A stretch of 38,203 nucleotides of DNA, from contig NC_068983.1 of the NCBI RefSeq assembly GCF_001194135.2, positions 44,188,618 to 44,226,820 of the forward strand, given 5' to 3'. The notes beneath the pieces are model-generated. The model worked only from the letters and a program-made list of their open reading frames with translations. It was not told the DNA's origin and ran no database searches. The stretch's first letter is position 1; each line of letters starts with the position of its first letter. Shown piece after piece: positions 12,645 to 23,844 of the stretch. Source of the DNA: Octopus bimaculoides (lineage: Eukaryota). Both the position numbers and the translations under genes were made by a program.

Positions 12645-13174
12645 ACCCTTTTGATACCAACCAGCCTGAAATTACCCCTGGTACTTTGATAGCACCTTTG
12701 TTTTAACTCTTTAGCATTCAGATTCTTCTGTTAAATGTGATGCTTATTTATTCACTGTCTTGAATTAATCATGCATTGTCTTGTTGCTTGAGATTTCAAC
12801 GATATGATTATTTTTAGAATGACATTGTCGGGTAGGTGTGAGAGGCTGCATCTGGTCAGTTTGAACATAAAGCAGGGAGAATATTTGGGCTGAATATTGG
12901 CCAGTTTCAATGCTAAAGAGTTAAAAGAGATCAGAATTAAAATCTTCCATCAAAATGATAGAATCATTTTACTAAATTCACCATTTTCAAAATCAATCGA
13001 AACAAAAATAGTAATAAAAATTTAAAGAGATTTTAAATCTTTCCATCAAAATTTTAAGTTAATTTATGTTCCAAACACTAATGTGACAAAGATAAGTTAT
13101 TAAATTCTTCATTAATTTCAAAATAGATTGAAATGAAGGCAGCAAATTTTTTGAGAAATATGATAATGAAAGGA
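12645..13174. mobile_element. Family A MITE pieces in reverse orientation, interrupted by the family B MITE
   Basis: Starts acccttttgataccaaccagcctgaaa (reverse complement of the family A right end) and ends ...gaaatatgataatgaaagga-TTAA. Partially duplicated internal pieces. Another fragment at about 13570-13685. Confidence 0.55.
12707..12920. mobile_element. piggyBac-like MITE, family B, complete
   Basis: TTAA at 12703-12706 and 12921-12924; perfect 12-bp TIR ctctttagcatt / aatgctaaagag. Confidence 0.8.
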
Positions 13175-14489
13175 TTAAGTTTTTCTAAGCTGGTCAGTTT
13201 AATTTTGTGTATAAGAGTGGTGAACAAAAATTTTTAATTATAAATAGCAAGAATTTGTTCTTGTGTTTTTTTGAGAGTTGAGTGGCAAGAAGTAGAAATA
13301 TAACTTAAGTTGAAGAACAAACCCACTTCTAGAAATAAATTTAGTCACATTAAAAGAGGTGCTTATGTTTAAACGAATGAGACGGAGTACCACAATTTTA
13401 ATAATCTATTAATTGCCTATAAAACATTTGTAATTTTTCAGAATATGACACATTAATACAACACAAACAAACTCATGGATATTAACAGCACAAAAAAATT
13501 ATTTTTCTATGTTAGCATAGGTTAAATCAGTGGTCCGCAACCATTTTGGAGGTTTAAAGCACAATTGGAATTAAAATCTTCCATTAAAATTCCATGTTAA
13601 TTTATCCTTCAAACACCAGCTTCATAATGAATAAGGGTTTTTTTTTTACTAAATTGTTCATTATTTTCAAAATAAATTGAAACCTAAAATAAGTCTGACT
13701 CAATGTGCAGCCTGTACTGTCATATTGTTACAAAGACATCACAGATGTATAAAATGGGTTGGCTTCAATGAATGTATTTTTAATTGTTAGCATTTACAAT
13801 AGATATTAATGTTAAGTCAATATGTTGTGGCTGTGTGGTTTTGCTTCCCTGTCATATGGTTATAGGTTCAATTCCAATGCATCGCACCTTGGACAGGTGT
13901 TGTCTACTATAGTTCTGGGCCAATCAAAACCTTGCAAGGCTTTGTCTACCCATCAATGATGAGAAATAAGTAACTCTAAATACTGGAAATCAGAACCTTT
14001 CTGTTATGTGTTAAAGAATACTTTGCATGTTAATTGAGGCCTCTAATTTATCATCATCATCGTCGTCGTCGTTTAACGTCCACTTTCCATGCTGCCATGG
14101 GTTGGACGGTTTGACTGAAGGCTGGCAAGCCAGATGGCTGCATCAGGCTCCAATCCAATCTGGCAAAGTTTCTACAGCTGGATGTCCTTCCTAACACCAA
14201 CTACTCCAAGAGTGTAGTGGGTGCTTTTTATGTGCCACTGGTATGAGGGCCAGTCAGGTGGTACTGGCATCGACCATGCTTGAATGGATATTAAAACGAT
14301 GATGTTGATGGAAGGAAATCTAATTCAAATTTCGATCAATAGTTACCAAACAAAACAGCAAATGTTTTACTGATTAACCAGAAGAATCTGATAAGATTTC
14401 TTCATATTAACTTCGATATGTTTCAGCCAAAGATTGACGCAGGTCATGTCTAACTTTAGCATCATCTGATAGGATCTCTCGATTCATTT

Positions 14490-14975
14490 TTAAGCCAAGT
14501 TTTGTGGTATCATGACCCATTCGAGTAGGGAGTTGTCGTTGACTGAGCTGTACCCAGGTATGGGTGGCTTATATGGTATCCCTTGAAGGAATTTGTTCTG
14601 GTTTTGTTTGAAAGTGATGGGATCTTTCTTTCTCTTTGATTTGTTCTGGGATAAATTTAGCAGGGCCTGTTGTGGAAAAGAGATTGTATTGCAGTGAATT
14701 TATGTGTTTTGAGCCTGAATTATGTAGGAGGCATATAGCATGTGGCCCCAACCTTGGGTGAATTCTGAATCTAATGCTAAGTTTGTTTGGGCAATGCTGG
14801 TTGTATATTTGCCACATTGTGCAAATGATGTGGCACTAGAAAGTTTTATTGTTTTAAGGCAGTCTCAATAATCAAGATCAACCAGGCCTTTTATTCTGAT
14901 GATTGCTCTCTGGAGTGACTTAATTCTCATAAAGTTTCGTTTAGTGTGGGAAGATCACAGAGGCCAAAATAATTT
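14490..14975 (-). mobile_element. CR1/L2-group LINE ORF2 C-terminal remnant, degenerate
   Basis: Frameshifted minus-strand segments ASVIFPH, IKSLQRAI.RIKGLVDLDY*D.LKTIKLSS, HPRLG..., NLFSTTGPA, FKQNQNKFLQGIPYKPPIPGYSSVNDNSLLEW resemble the post-RT C-terminus (LDYWDRLK.LKL.S; FK..LDKFL..IPD.P..PGY...NSL). Clade assignment is from memory. Confidence 0.7.
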
Positions 14976-15309
14976 TATAGCATTTCTGCTTGTTAAATAT
15001 GTGAGCAATAAAAATTATTTTGCAAATGAATTTGAAAAAAGCTGAAAGTAAAACTGATGTAGAAGATAGGTTAAATGAAACAAGGGATTATATGGAAGGT
15101 TAGAAGCGCAACAATTAGAGAATATGTAAAAGTATGGAGGACACTAAAAAAAAAAACAAACAAACACTGCCATATAAAAATTTTTGTCATGAGTTGACTT
15201 AGGAGAATTAGAAATGATTGTTGGTTGAGAAAAGTTATTTCCCTTTGATTTCTTTCAGACATAAGAGAGAGAAGCCATTGTTTACAACATTAGTGAATGG
15301 GTAAGTGTG

Positions 15310-15371
<62 letters not shown>

Positions 15372-15386
15372 TATGTGAGTGCGATA

Positions 15387-15588
15387 NNNNNNNNNNNNNN
15401 NNNNNNNNNNNNNNNNNNNNNNNNNNNNNNNNNNNNNNNNNNNNNNNNNNNNNNNNNNNNNNNNNNNNNNNNNNNNNNNNNNNNNNNNNNNNNNNNNNNN
15501 NNNNNNNNNNNNNNNNNNNNNNNNNNNNNNNNNNNNNNNNNNNNNNNNNNNNNNNNNNNNNNNNNNNNNNNNNNNNNNNNNNNNNNNN
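15387..15588. other. Assembly gap truncating the large coding exon
   Basis: N run. Other gaps are at 864-957, 5276-5636, 7611-7854, 19521-19741, 22856-22865, 23965-24158 and 33259-33412. Confidence 1.
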
Positions 15589-16171
15589 GAGAAGAAAATT
15601 CTTTGTTCTCTGGAGATTTCTCACGAAGACTGGACGAACGATTTAGAGAACCACGTGGTTGGACAGACGATACCTGCTTTTCTTCAAAGCTATTGAGTTG
15701 AGATCTGTGATTCGGTTTATCACCAGAACTATATCTATAAGTAACATTACTTTTAGAAATTTTAGAAGCAATTTTAGTTTCATTTTTTGACACATCTTCA
15801 GATCTGTCACCGTCCCTAGAGTTTTTGATTTCAAAAGCATTATCATCATCATCATCATAATCATTTTCCATTGGAATGAAGTTCAGGTTATCTCCGGAAC
15901 GGCTAAGGAATTTGGATGCCTCAAGGTTACTTGGTGTTATTTCTGTGCTCAAACTTAAATCATGCAAACTGTTGCTTTTGCGCAACCCCTCATTGTAGTG
16001 TTTGTCATTTTTGTGCTTCAAACTACGGACACCGCGGTAAGTGTTCGGAGTTTTGAGTTTATCAATGTCAAATCTATCAAACGATCGTGCATTTCGAATC
16101 AATCCAACATAACCAGATTGTCTGCCAGTTTGAGAACCATGAGTATTTACAGAATCTTCCGAAGACAAAGA
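15589..16171 (-). CDS. Large Ser-rich coding exon, probably the linker region of the same gene; 3' end lost in N gap
   Basis: Strong acceptor ttgtctcttttgctttctttccag and a phase 0 start matching the phase 0 end of exon 30136-30232. About 194 stop-free codons (SLSSEDSVNTHGSQ...YRGVRSLKHKNDKHYNEGLRKSNSLHDL...RSSSLREKSPENKEFSS) in AT-rich DNA. Assignment to MPRIP is inferred from strand, phase and position. Confidence 0.75.
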
Positions 16172-16564
16172 CTGGAAAGAAAGCAAAAGAGACAAATTAA
16201 AAAACAAGATTTACAAATTTATCAAAAAGTATTTCTATATTGTCAGGTCTCACCATGTTTAGATTAAACAATTATAATTAATGCAATATTACTTCCACCA
16301 TATTTCAATTACTAGAGAAAGTAAAAGGAACTGAGTCTGTGATAATTTATTCAGTGCCTTAAATCAACCCAACAGTGTGCAAACCCATTATTTTTCTATT
16401 TTTTTGCCTCTACTTTCTACAACCACAACATTTTCATTGTCATCATTATCGTACACTATTTGCAGCAGGCTGACGACACCACAACAAAAGTCTTCCCAAT
16501 AAAGATGGAGTTCTTCCATCAGATAAAGCCATAGCACTACTTCATTCTGACTTTCTCTTGGTGT

Positions 16565-16750
16565 TTTCTTGGCAGAGACATTGGGGTGGTTTGCCATTGC
16601 CTTCCATAACTGGATGGTCGTTGGCTCACAAAGAGCTCATCCGTCCTGTGGCATGGCTTGTTTTTAGTCCTGCTGGGTGTCCAGAGACCTTCTTCATAAG
16701 AGCAGCAAGCTACTCAAGTAGGGGAACCAGTTTAGCAGCTGACCATTCAA
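16565..16750 (-). mobile_element. RTE/Bov-B-type 5'-UTR-like fragment
   Basis: Minus strand ggaaggcaatggcaaaccaccccaatgtctctgccaagaaaacacc resembles the recalled RTE 5' motif GGAAGGCAATGGCAAACCAC...TTGCCAAGAAAAC found in bipartite RTE-derived SINEs. Confidence 0.6.
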
Positions 16751-16857
16751 CCTCAGAACAGGTAGGACTGATTTACATGGCACCAGCAGCAGATCTCAGT
16801 AGCCTGTGATGAGAACCCTGACCTGACTAACAACACAATCTACATCACCTGAAAAAT

Positions 16858-17251
16858 CCAGCCAGTGATGTATAAAGTCATCTGTTAGTGACCAGTGATG
16901 CAGAAGGCCATTTGATAATGACAGGTGAGGTAGAAGGCTATCAGAGTGTCCAGTGGCACATGTGGCTATGGGAGAGCAACCAGCTGTGTATGTGGCCATC
17001 AGTGCATGTGGCTACCAGCAGCACACAAAGCCATTGCAGAGTGACCAGCGGTGCACATGGCCATCGGAGAGTGACCAGTGGTGCACATGGCCATCAGAGA
17101 GTGACCGAGGATGGACATGGCCATCGGAGAGTGATCGACGATGTACATGGCCATCTGATAGTGACCAACGATGTACATGGCGATCGGAGAGTGACCAATA
17201 ATGAATAAAGCCATTTGATGTTGAACAGTGAAGTATAAAGTTATCAGAGAG
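16858..17251. repeat. 30-bp tandem repeat, about 13 units with a conserved core at 17041-17190
   Basis: Unit gtgaccagcggtgcacatggccatcggaga; five well-conserved copies in exact 30-nt register and more diverged units on both sides, one of 28 nt. Confidence 0.9.
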
Positions 17252-18370
17252 TCTTGTTAAAAAATAAAAATAAAATCAGTTGTAAATGATATTGTTGTCT
17301 AATAGACTGTGTTCTGTGTTCCAGACTGTGTTCTGTTAGTTTCTACTAATCTTTAAGATTAATCTAAATCCTCATCCCCAGTTATTAAAGACCTAGTAAC
17401 ATTCATAGTCTTATAATACAACCCACCACACTTGTTTACATTAATGAGAAAACAACGTTATAATGATGCTTTATATATAATTAGAAGCAAGAATCTAAAA
17501 AGTTCCATTTCTCCAGCAACTATCCTATGTCAGAGGGGATGGCCAACACTTGGAGTGGGAAGCTTTTTCTCCTCAAAGTTTCTCATAAGCCCACACACAC
17601 ATTTTACACACACACATGAATGTATACAACAGGATTCTTCCAGTTTTCAACAATCAAACTGACCCTCAAAAATTTGATCAGATCAGGGCTAAGATACTTG
17701 CTCAAGGTGTCACACACTGAGCCTGGACCATAAACCCGGGGTTGTAAAGCAAACTTCTTTACTGCGTGTGTATGTGTGTGTGTGTTTCTTCCTCCATACC
17801 ACCACTTCACGGTTGGTAAAGATTTGTTTGTATCCCTGAATGTAATTTATTGAGAAAAGGGGACCATGTGCCAGCCTTAAAATAAATCCTGGGGTTGATT
17901 TGTTCAACAAATGTGGTGCCCCAGCATGGCCACAGTCCAATGACTGAATTAAGTACAACAAACAAAAAATGTGTGAGTGTGGGTATGTGTGCACATTTGT
18001 GCATGTCTGCATGTGCATAGGTGTGCATGCATGCATAGGTGAGTGCTTGTGTGCAAGAACATGTGTGGTACATTAAGTGCCCAAGTAGTTACTGTAAAGT
18101 GCTGAATGTTAAAAACTGGGACGGCCATGGACAGGAAGGGAGTTTTAGAGAGAAGTGGCTGAGTGGAGGTGTGAGGGGTAGGGTGGTGTTAGGGTTAGGG
18201 CAGGGGATGACGGAAGAGGAGGAAATTTGGTAAATAGTGATAAGGTAGCAGCAGCAACAGCAGCTGCATGCAATGGTGAAGGAGAAAGCGAGAGGACTAG
18301 ATAATGTAGCATGTGAAATCCCACTCGTAGTGATGGTGGTCATGGTGGGATTAGGGGGGGGGGGAGAAAA

Positions 18371-18624
18371 TACTCAAGTCCCAGAACTTGTAGGGCCAGT
18401 TCTATGGTTTCCATGGCATGTAAGTGACAGGTCACGACATTCCCTCTGAACAAGGTTCCAGTTCATTGCAGGGCAACTCTCATTTCTGCCAGTTGAGTGA
18501 ACTGGAGTGATGTGAAATGAAGGGTTTTGCTCAAGAACAAAATGCCTTGTCCAGCCTGGGAATTGAAACCACAACTACATGATTCTGAGTTCAAAACCCT
18601 CACCACTAAGCTATGCACCTTCAC
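18371..18624 (-). mobile_element. tRNA-derived SINE of another family
   Basis: Minus strand starts gtgaaggtgcatagcttagtgg (A box), ggtttcaattccc (B box), then cttgagcaaaacccttcatttcac...tcactcaactggcagaaatgag body. Confidence 0.65.
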
Positions 18625-19892
18625 ACAGAAGGGTAGAAAAAAAAGAGAAGGAAATTGTTATTTCTGAATTTTTTTCCTTTACTTGTTTCAGTCATTAGAT
18701 TGTGGCCATGCTGGGGCACCGCCTTGAGGAATTTCAGTCAAATGAATGAACCCCAGTGCTTTTTCTTTTGAAGTTTGGTACTTGTTCTATTGTTCTCTTT
18801 TGTTGAATTGCTAAGTTACGGGGACATAAACACACCAACATCACTTGTCAAGTGATGGTAGGAGACAAACAGACAGACACACACACATGACAAGAGCTGG
18901 CAATGCCCAGAGCAGCACCAGCTTTCATTGTCTGTTTTGGTTTGGTTTCTACAGTTGGATGCCTTTCCCAACACCAACCACTTTACAAAATGTTCTGGGT
19001 GCTTTCTTTACTTGGCATCAGCACTTTGTATGTGACCCCAGCGCTTTGTATGTGGCACCAGCGCTTTGTATGTGGCACCAGCACTGTCTCTTCTGCTCTC
19101 ATGGGACAATTCTGTTGTAGTGGGTCTTAGTACAGCAATATGCCATATATCTTGGTTCTTTGTCATCTCCTCTCATAAAAAAAAAAATGGTTTTTAAGGT
19201 ACCATTTTTTTTTTTTGGTTTTGTTGGCCAGACCCAGGAAATAAATGCTGTGATTCCTTTTGGAACGAGTTCAGGACCACAATACGATCACAACAAAAAA
19301 GTTTGAAACTTCTAACCATCAGGCCAATAGCACCTCCTGCTCTCCCAATTTTCTCTTCCTTCTATCAAAGGAAACAGAACTTACATAAATTTATTTATTC
19401 GGGGATATATTAGAGCAAAACATTTGATAAAAAACAACAAAAAGTGTTTTCTCTTTATGTTTAAAGCTGTCTGACTGGTTTTTCTGTAGAAAGACAAGAA
19501 ATAGATTAAAACTGTTTGGTNNNNNNNNNNNNNNNNNNNNNNNNNNNNNNNNNNNNNNNNNNNNNNNNNNNNNNNNNNNNNNNNNNNNNNNNNNNNNNNN
19601 NNNNNNNNNNNNNNNNNNNNNNNNNNNNNNNNNNNNNNNNNNNNNNNNNNNNNNNNNNNNNNNNNNNNNNNNNNNNNNNNNNNNNNNNNNNNNNNNNNNN
19701 NNNNNNNNNNNNNNNNNNNNNNNNNNNNNNNNNNNNNNNNNAAGTAGTTTAACGATTAGCTGTAGTACCTTTCTGCTTAACTGACTTCTGACTGACAACA
19801 ACAATGTAAAAAAATACAGTTAATGTAGTTTACAGAGTGAATATAAGGAGGTTTCAAATTGGGGAAAAAAACTACAAATTTGTAATAACAGC

Positions 19893-20530
19893 AGTGGTTT
19901 CTAATTTTGGCACAAGGTCAACAATTTTGAGGGGATGGGGTCCATGTTGATTCTATCAAGCCTCAGTACTTGACAAGTACTTTATTTTATTGCCCCCTAC
20001 CTGATACATGAATAAATAACAATTATTATTATTATTATTATTATTATTATAGGTGGCAAGCTGGCAGATTCATTAGCATGGCGGGTGAAATGCTTAGCGG
20101 TATTTCATCCGTCTTTACGTTGTGAGCCCAAATTCTGCTGAAGTCGACTGTCTTTCATCCTTTAGGAATCAATAAAATAAGTACCAGTTATGTACTGGGG
20201 GTCAATGTAATCGACTTAATCTTTGTTTGCCCTTGTTTGTCCCCTCTATGTTTAGCCCCCTGTGGGCAATAGATTGAAAAGAAAAAAAAATATTGAGGTG
20301 AGCTGGCAAATTGTCAGCAAACTGGAGAAAGTGCTTAGAGGCATTTTGTCCCATTTTGATTAGAGTTCAAATTCTGCTATGGTTGACTTTACCTTTCATC
20401 CTTTTAGGGTCAACGAAATAAGTACCAATTGAACATTGGGGTCAATGTAATCAACTTAACTTTTCCCCACAAAATTTCAGGCCTTGTGTCTATAGTACAA
20501 AGATTATTATTAAAGAGGCGAGCTGGCAGA
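19893..20530. mobile_element. OK-like SINE cluster: one minus fragment (about 19893-20000) and two plus copies (about 20051-20275, 20296-20510)
   Basis: Same diagnostic motifs as the other copies, with an (ATT)n spacer at about 20022-20050. Confidence 0.8.
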
Positions 20531-21250
20531 GTTACCAACTCTGATCAAACTGTCCAACCCATGCCAGCATGGACAATGGATGTTAAACGATATCATTGTT
20601 TTAACATCCAGAAGGAAAGATACCATTGAAAATAGTGTCTAAGAGTACAAAAATGTGGGTGAAATGATGGTTTAATTGTTGGTCAAATAACACCAAACAG
20701 AAATGTGTGTGTGTGTATGTGTATGTGTGTGTGCATATGTAAGTGTTATCATTAGAACATTTAATTACTCAGTAATTATTTTCATTAATCACTAGTTGTG
20801 TAATCATTTTCTTTAATTAAGAAAACTGATACTTTACATTCTTTCGGTGATATTAGTTTAGACAGAAACGGCTTTGGTAAAGTAAAAAGATCTCAAGAAA
20901 GGGGGTGGCTTGCTTTGTGGATCCCTGCCATCGTAACATTCATTTATCTAACTGTTAATGGAACTGGTGCTTTCCTTTATAAATGACAATTCCATAGAAC
21001 TGGGACAATTTCACTGCAGCTAAATAATGTCTTTCCTAATGAATCTAACAGGAAATGAGGCAGGCAAGTGGATTGTGGGAAGTAGAGTCATCTGAGAAAC
21101 ACTACAAATTTACATAGAAAACTTCCAAGAAAGCACATCATGGATCCTTCACAAAGTTTTATGGCAGTGGTTCATATGGCCCTGGGAGTCCATATACAAT
21201 CTTGTTTGTTGAAAATAATGTGTAATAAATTGGTTATACTTCTAAAATGA

Positions 21251-21639
21251 GGCGCAATGGCCCAGTGGTTAGGGCAGCGGACTCGCGGTTATAGGATCGC
21301 GGTCTTGATTCCCAGACCGGGCGTTGTGAGTGTTTATTGAGCGAAAACACCTAAAGCTCCACGAGGCTCTGGCAGGGGATGGTGGCGAACCCTGCTGTAC
21401 TCTTCCACCACAACTTTCTCTCACTCTTACTGCCTGCTTCTGTTGTGCCTGTAATTCAAAGGGTCAGCCTTGTCACACTGTGTCAATGCTGAATATCCCC
21501 GAGAACTACGTTAAGGGTACACGAGTCTGTGGAGTGCTCAGCCACTTGCACGTTAATTTCACGAGCTGGCTGTTCCGTTGATCGGATCAACTGGAATCCT
21601 CAACGTCGTAAGCGACAGAGTGCTAACAACAACAACAAC
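21251..21639 (+). mobile_element. Full-length tRNA-derived SINE with (AAC)n tail and TSD
   Basis: A box TGGCCCAGTGG, degenerate B box GGTCTTGATTCC, (AAC)5 tail; ACTTCTAAA at 21238-21246 and 21638-21646. Confidence 0.85.
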
Positions 21640-22689
21640 TTCTAAATTACACAAAATATTTTAATTTGCTTATACAATTTGTAATGATATTTAATTATAA
21701 AAATATAATGGGATTTTTAAAACTTCAAATGGTTACGACGGTCCAGTAGAATAAAATAGAAATCAAAGGGGTTCATTTGTTGTGGACCCTAGTGATGGAG
21801 AATAGTTGACCATACAGGTTTGACTATTTGGAAGTATGTAACTAAAAACTTCATGTGGAGAGTTCTTGCGATATTGTGGTCACTTCCTTTTCCAAACAAT
21901 GGTATTGGAGAGTCTTCAGCACCTTGAGTGACTGAGCAAGTCTTTCCAGAGACAGCACCACTTACCTGTTAATCAGGAACAACCTAGAAAAGATTGCTCT
22001 GGTACCTCATCACTAACTATCTTATCTTCTTCACCACCCTTAAATAATGTGGGGTAGCCATGCATTTCCTCTATGGCAACACACCTGTGTTTACCCTGTC
22101 ATACTTTAGCCTTCCAACACCTGGCAAAAAGCCAGTTCCTCCTCTCACCCCCACCCCTTAGTTGAGGGGACTTTTCCCCTCTTCTTTTTTTGTCTTACAA
22201 CTTACTTAGGGACCGCATTGATGCCAGTGTCATGAAAAAAGAAAGCACCCAGTACATGCTGTAGTGGTTGGCATTAGGAAAGGAATCCAGCTGTGGAAAT
22301 CCATTGCCAAAACAGACAGCAGAGCTTGGTGCAATCTTCTGACTTGCCAGTTCCTGCTGAGGCATCCAACCCATGCCAGCATGGAAAATGGAAGTTAAAT
22401 GACGATGATGATGGCAATGGGCTTCTTTCAGTTTCTGTTAACCAAATCCATTCACATGGCTTTGGTTGGCCTGGGGATGTAGAAGAAGACATTTTCCCAA
22501 AGCAGATACATTGGAGTTTGGTACAGTCCTCTGGCTTACCAGCTCCTACTGAACCTGTGATGCCTGCTTTCCAGCCATGTGGTTTTGAGTTCAGTACCAT
22601 CGCATGGCACCTAGGGTGTCTTCTGTTAAGGCCATGGGCAGACCAAAGCCTTGTCAATGGACTGGACTGATGGAAACTGAAAGCAGCCT

Positions 22690-23245
22690 ATTGTGTGTGT
22701 GTGAGAGTGAGAGGGCGACTGAGCGAGTGAGAGAGCGACTGATCGAGTGAGAGTACGACTGATCGAGTGTGACTCATCGAGTGAGTGTGACTGAGTGAGT
22801 GCAACTGAGAGCGCGGCTGAGTGAGTGCAACTGAGAGGGCGGCTGAGCGAGTGAGNNNNNNNNNNCAATGGACTGGACTGATGGAAACTGAAAGCAGCCT
22901 ATTGTGTGTGTGTGAGAGTGAGAGGGCGACTGAGCGAGTGAGAGAGCGACTGATCGAGTGAGAGTACGACTGATCGAGTGTGACTCATCGAGTGAGTGTG
23001 ACTGAGTGAGTGCAACTGAGAGCGCGGCTGAGTGAGTGCAACTGAGAGGGCGGCTGAGCGAGTGAGAGTGCGGCTGAGAGAGTGAGAGTGTGCATGAGTG
23101 AGTTAGAGTGCGACTGATCGAGTGAGAGTGCAAACTGAGCGAGTGAGAGTACGACTGATCGAGTGAAAGTGTGACTGAGTGAGTGCAACTGAGAGCGTGG
23201 CTGAGCGAGTGAGAGTGTGACTGAGTGAGTGAGAGTGTGACTGAG
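22690..23245. repeat. Complex GAGT-based minisatellite (units such as gactgagcgagtgagagtgc)
   Basis: Degenerate 14-20 nt units starting at the internal microsatellite slot of a family A SINE; includes a gap-flanking duplication. Confidence 0.85.
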
Positions 23246-23844
23246 GCTCCTACTGAACCATCCAACCCACCCACCCATGCCAGCATAGAAAACAACAAAA
23301 GTAAGGAAAGTGTTTGCATAACATGAGACAAACAACCACATTGTTGGGTGAGGGTATCTTAAATTAATCTAAACCACCAAAACAACAATGTCTGCCTGTC
23401 TACGTAACCTAAACCAGAACGAAACATAAATAAAATGAAATGCTTCAGACAACAAACAATAAAACATGTCATTCAGAGTGGGGATGGGCTGAGGTTCATC
23501 ATTAAAATTACAATTATATGGCTCTTTATCATTGCCAATATATTTTGAAGGAGACACCAAGCCTTCTTTCACGTGGCCACAGAGCATATCAAACTGAAGT
23601 GAACTTAAGTGAATATACACTGGAGATATTTCATTGTGTCTGTGGATTTTATCAATGTATGCATACGTAGCAGAGACAGTTTATTGTATTGGTATTGACT
23701 GATATATTTGTGTGTATAATAAGTACAGCCACGTGGTCCAGTACCACTGCATGGCACCTGTGGTGTCTTCTGTTAAGGCAGAGGGCAGACCAAAGCCTTG
23801 TCAATGGACTGGGTTGACGGAAACTGAAAGAAGCCTATCGTGTG

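Noticed and set aside
17041-17190. CRISPR-like regular repeats
   Set aside because: The units are contiguous with no unique spacers, in eukaryotic context with no cas genes.
21251-21325. tRNA-like sequence
   Set aside because: It is a SINE head with a degenerate B box, followed by SINE body, tail and TSD, not a tRNA gene.
21163-21800. hAT-like MITE ends (cagtggttc...), also at about 13528 and 34880-34994
   Set aside because: The termini are too degenerate and no 8-bp TSD could be confirmed, so they were not annotated.
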